64,000 nt of DNA from an uncultured delta proteobacterium. GTDB lineage: Bacteria > Myxococcota > Myxococcia > Myxococcales > Myxococcaceae. Both the position numbers and the translations under genes were made by a program. Positions 63,053 to 64,000 of the stretch are shown here, one piece after another. The first letter of the stretch is position 1, and each line of letters starts with the position of its first letter. The stretch lies in assembly GCA_963776345.1 (NCBI GenBank), contig CAVZMH010000012.1:64001-128000 (forward strand), in the 5' to 3' direction. Under the pieces are notes generated by a model. The model saw only the letters and a list, made by a program, of their open reading frames with translations. It had not been told where the DNA came from and did not search any database.

Positions 63053-63987
63053 TGGCCGTGGGCGAGCGGGCGGCGCGACCGAGGCTGATCTTCTCCACCG
63101 CGGCGGATGCGGTGCTCGCCGGGCAGCTCTGCGCGCTGGGTGCGGGCACACCCGGGCAGATCGACCGGGAGACGTTCCCCGACGGCGAGCGGGGGCTCAG
63201 GCTGGCGAGCGCGGTGGCGGATGCGGACGCCATCCTGGTCGGTGGCACGGGATCGGACTCCGAGACGCTCGAGCTGTACGACCTGGCCTGCGCCCTGGTG
63301 GAGTGCGGCCTGCACGCGCTGACGCTGGTCGTGCCCTACTTCGGGTACTCGACGCAGGAGCGGCCGAGCAAGGACGGGGAGAGCGTCACCGCCAAGACGC
63401 GCGCCCGGCTCCTCTCGTCGATCCCGCTGCCGTCGGGGGGCATCCGGGTTCTGCTGGTGGACCTGCACACCGCCGGGCTGCCGTTCTACTTCGAGGGTGG
63501 GGCGCGGCCGGTGCACGTGAGTGCGCGGCCGCTCTTTGTCGAGGCGATCCGCGCCCACGCTCCGGGCGGCTGCGTGGTGGCGAGCACCGACGCCGGCCGG
63601 GCGAAGTACGTGGAGGCGCTGGCCAACGACCTCCGGGTTGACGCGAGCTTCGTGTTCAAGCGGCGGGACGGCGGAAACACGCGGGTCCTGGCGGTGAGCG
63701 CCCGGGTGGCCGGGCATCACGTGATGCTCTACGACGACATGGTCCGCACCGGCGGGTCGCTGATCGCCGCGGCGGAGGCGTACCGCGAGGCGGGGGCGAG
63801 CAAGATCACCGCGCTCGCCACGCACGGCGTGCTCCCGGGGGACGCCGTGGCCCGGCTCGAGGCGAGCGGGCTGTTCACCCGGCTCATCGTGACCGACACC
63901 CACCCCCGGGCCCGCCAGCTCGCGGGCGGCTTCGTCGAGGTCCGCTCGGTGGTGCCGCTGCTGGCTGCGGCCCTCCAGGCCAAGTGA
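63052..63987 (+). CDS. prs: Ribose-phosphate pyrophosphokinase family protein
   Basis: FPDGE, VPYFGYSTQER, VDLH, DAG, FKRR, YDDMVRTGGSL, ATHGVL, TDT; ATG overlaps the tdh stop. Confidence 0.85.
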   Translation: MAVGERAARPRLIFSTAADAVLAGQLCALGAGTPGQIDRETFPDGERGLRLASAVADADAILVGGTGSDSETLELYDLACALVECGLHALTLVVPYFGYSTQERPSKDGESVTAKTRARLLSSIPLPSGGIRVLLVDLHTAGLPFYFEGGARPVHVSARPLFVEAIRAHAPGGCVVASTDAGRAKYVEALANDLRVDASFVFKRRDGGNTRVLAVSARVAGHHVMLYDDMVRTGGSLIAAAEAYREAGASKITALATHGVLPGDAVARLEASGLFTRLIVTDTHPRARQLAGGFVEVRSVVPLLAAALQAK

Positions 63988-64000
63988 CCTCGCGCTTGCA

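Overview
High-GC (roughly 70-75% by eye) bacterial chromosome segment. The gene content points to Myxococcota (FHA-sigma54 activator beside a eukaryote-like Ser/Thr kinase, myxobacterial-style beta-barrels); this is an inference. I see no rRNA, tRNA, CRISPR array, transposase or phage gene. Main blocks: (1) partial Ser/Thr kinase divergent from an FHA-sigma54 activator; (2) a ~14 kb respiratory operon with alternative complex III (actABCDEF plus an ActG-like gene), Sco, a caa3-type A2 oxidase and a coupled thioredoxin-helical-repeat lipoprotein; (3) SRAP next to a long Lhr helicase; (4) a structured minus-strand intergenic RNA at about 29.65-29.85 kb carrying a 14-codon ORF with an extended Shine-Dalgarno; (5) 2-oxoacid dehydrogenase E1 alpha/beta, apt, a desaturase and several oxidoreductases; (6) a kynurenine/3-hydroxyanthranilate tryptophan-catabolic cluster; (7) moaA and a ThrE exporter; (8) an NhaR-like regulator divergent from htpX-PGPGW-terC-ftsH-osmC, with one operator-like motif occurring twice; (9) slyX, a Tat-signal FAH protein and kbl-tdh-prs. 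About six genes carry single-base frameshifts, mostly in short homopolymers, most simply explained as long-read indel errors. All calls come from reading motifs by eye; no searches were run.
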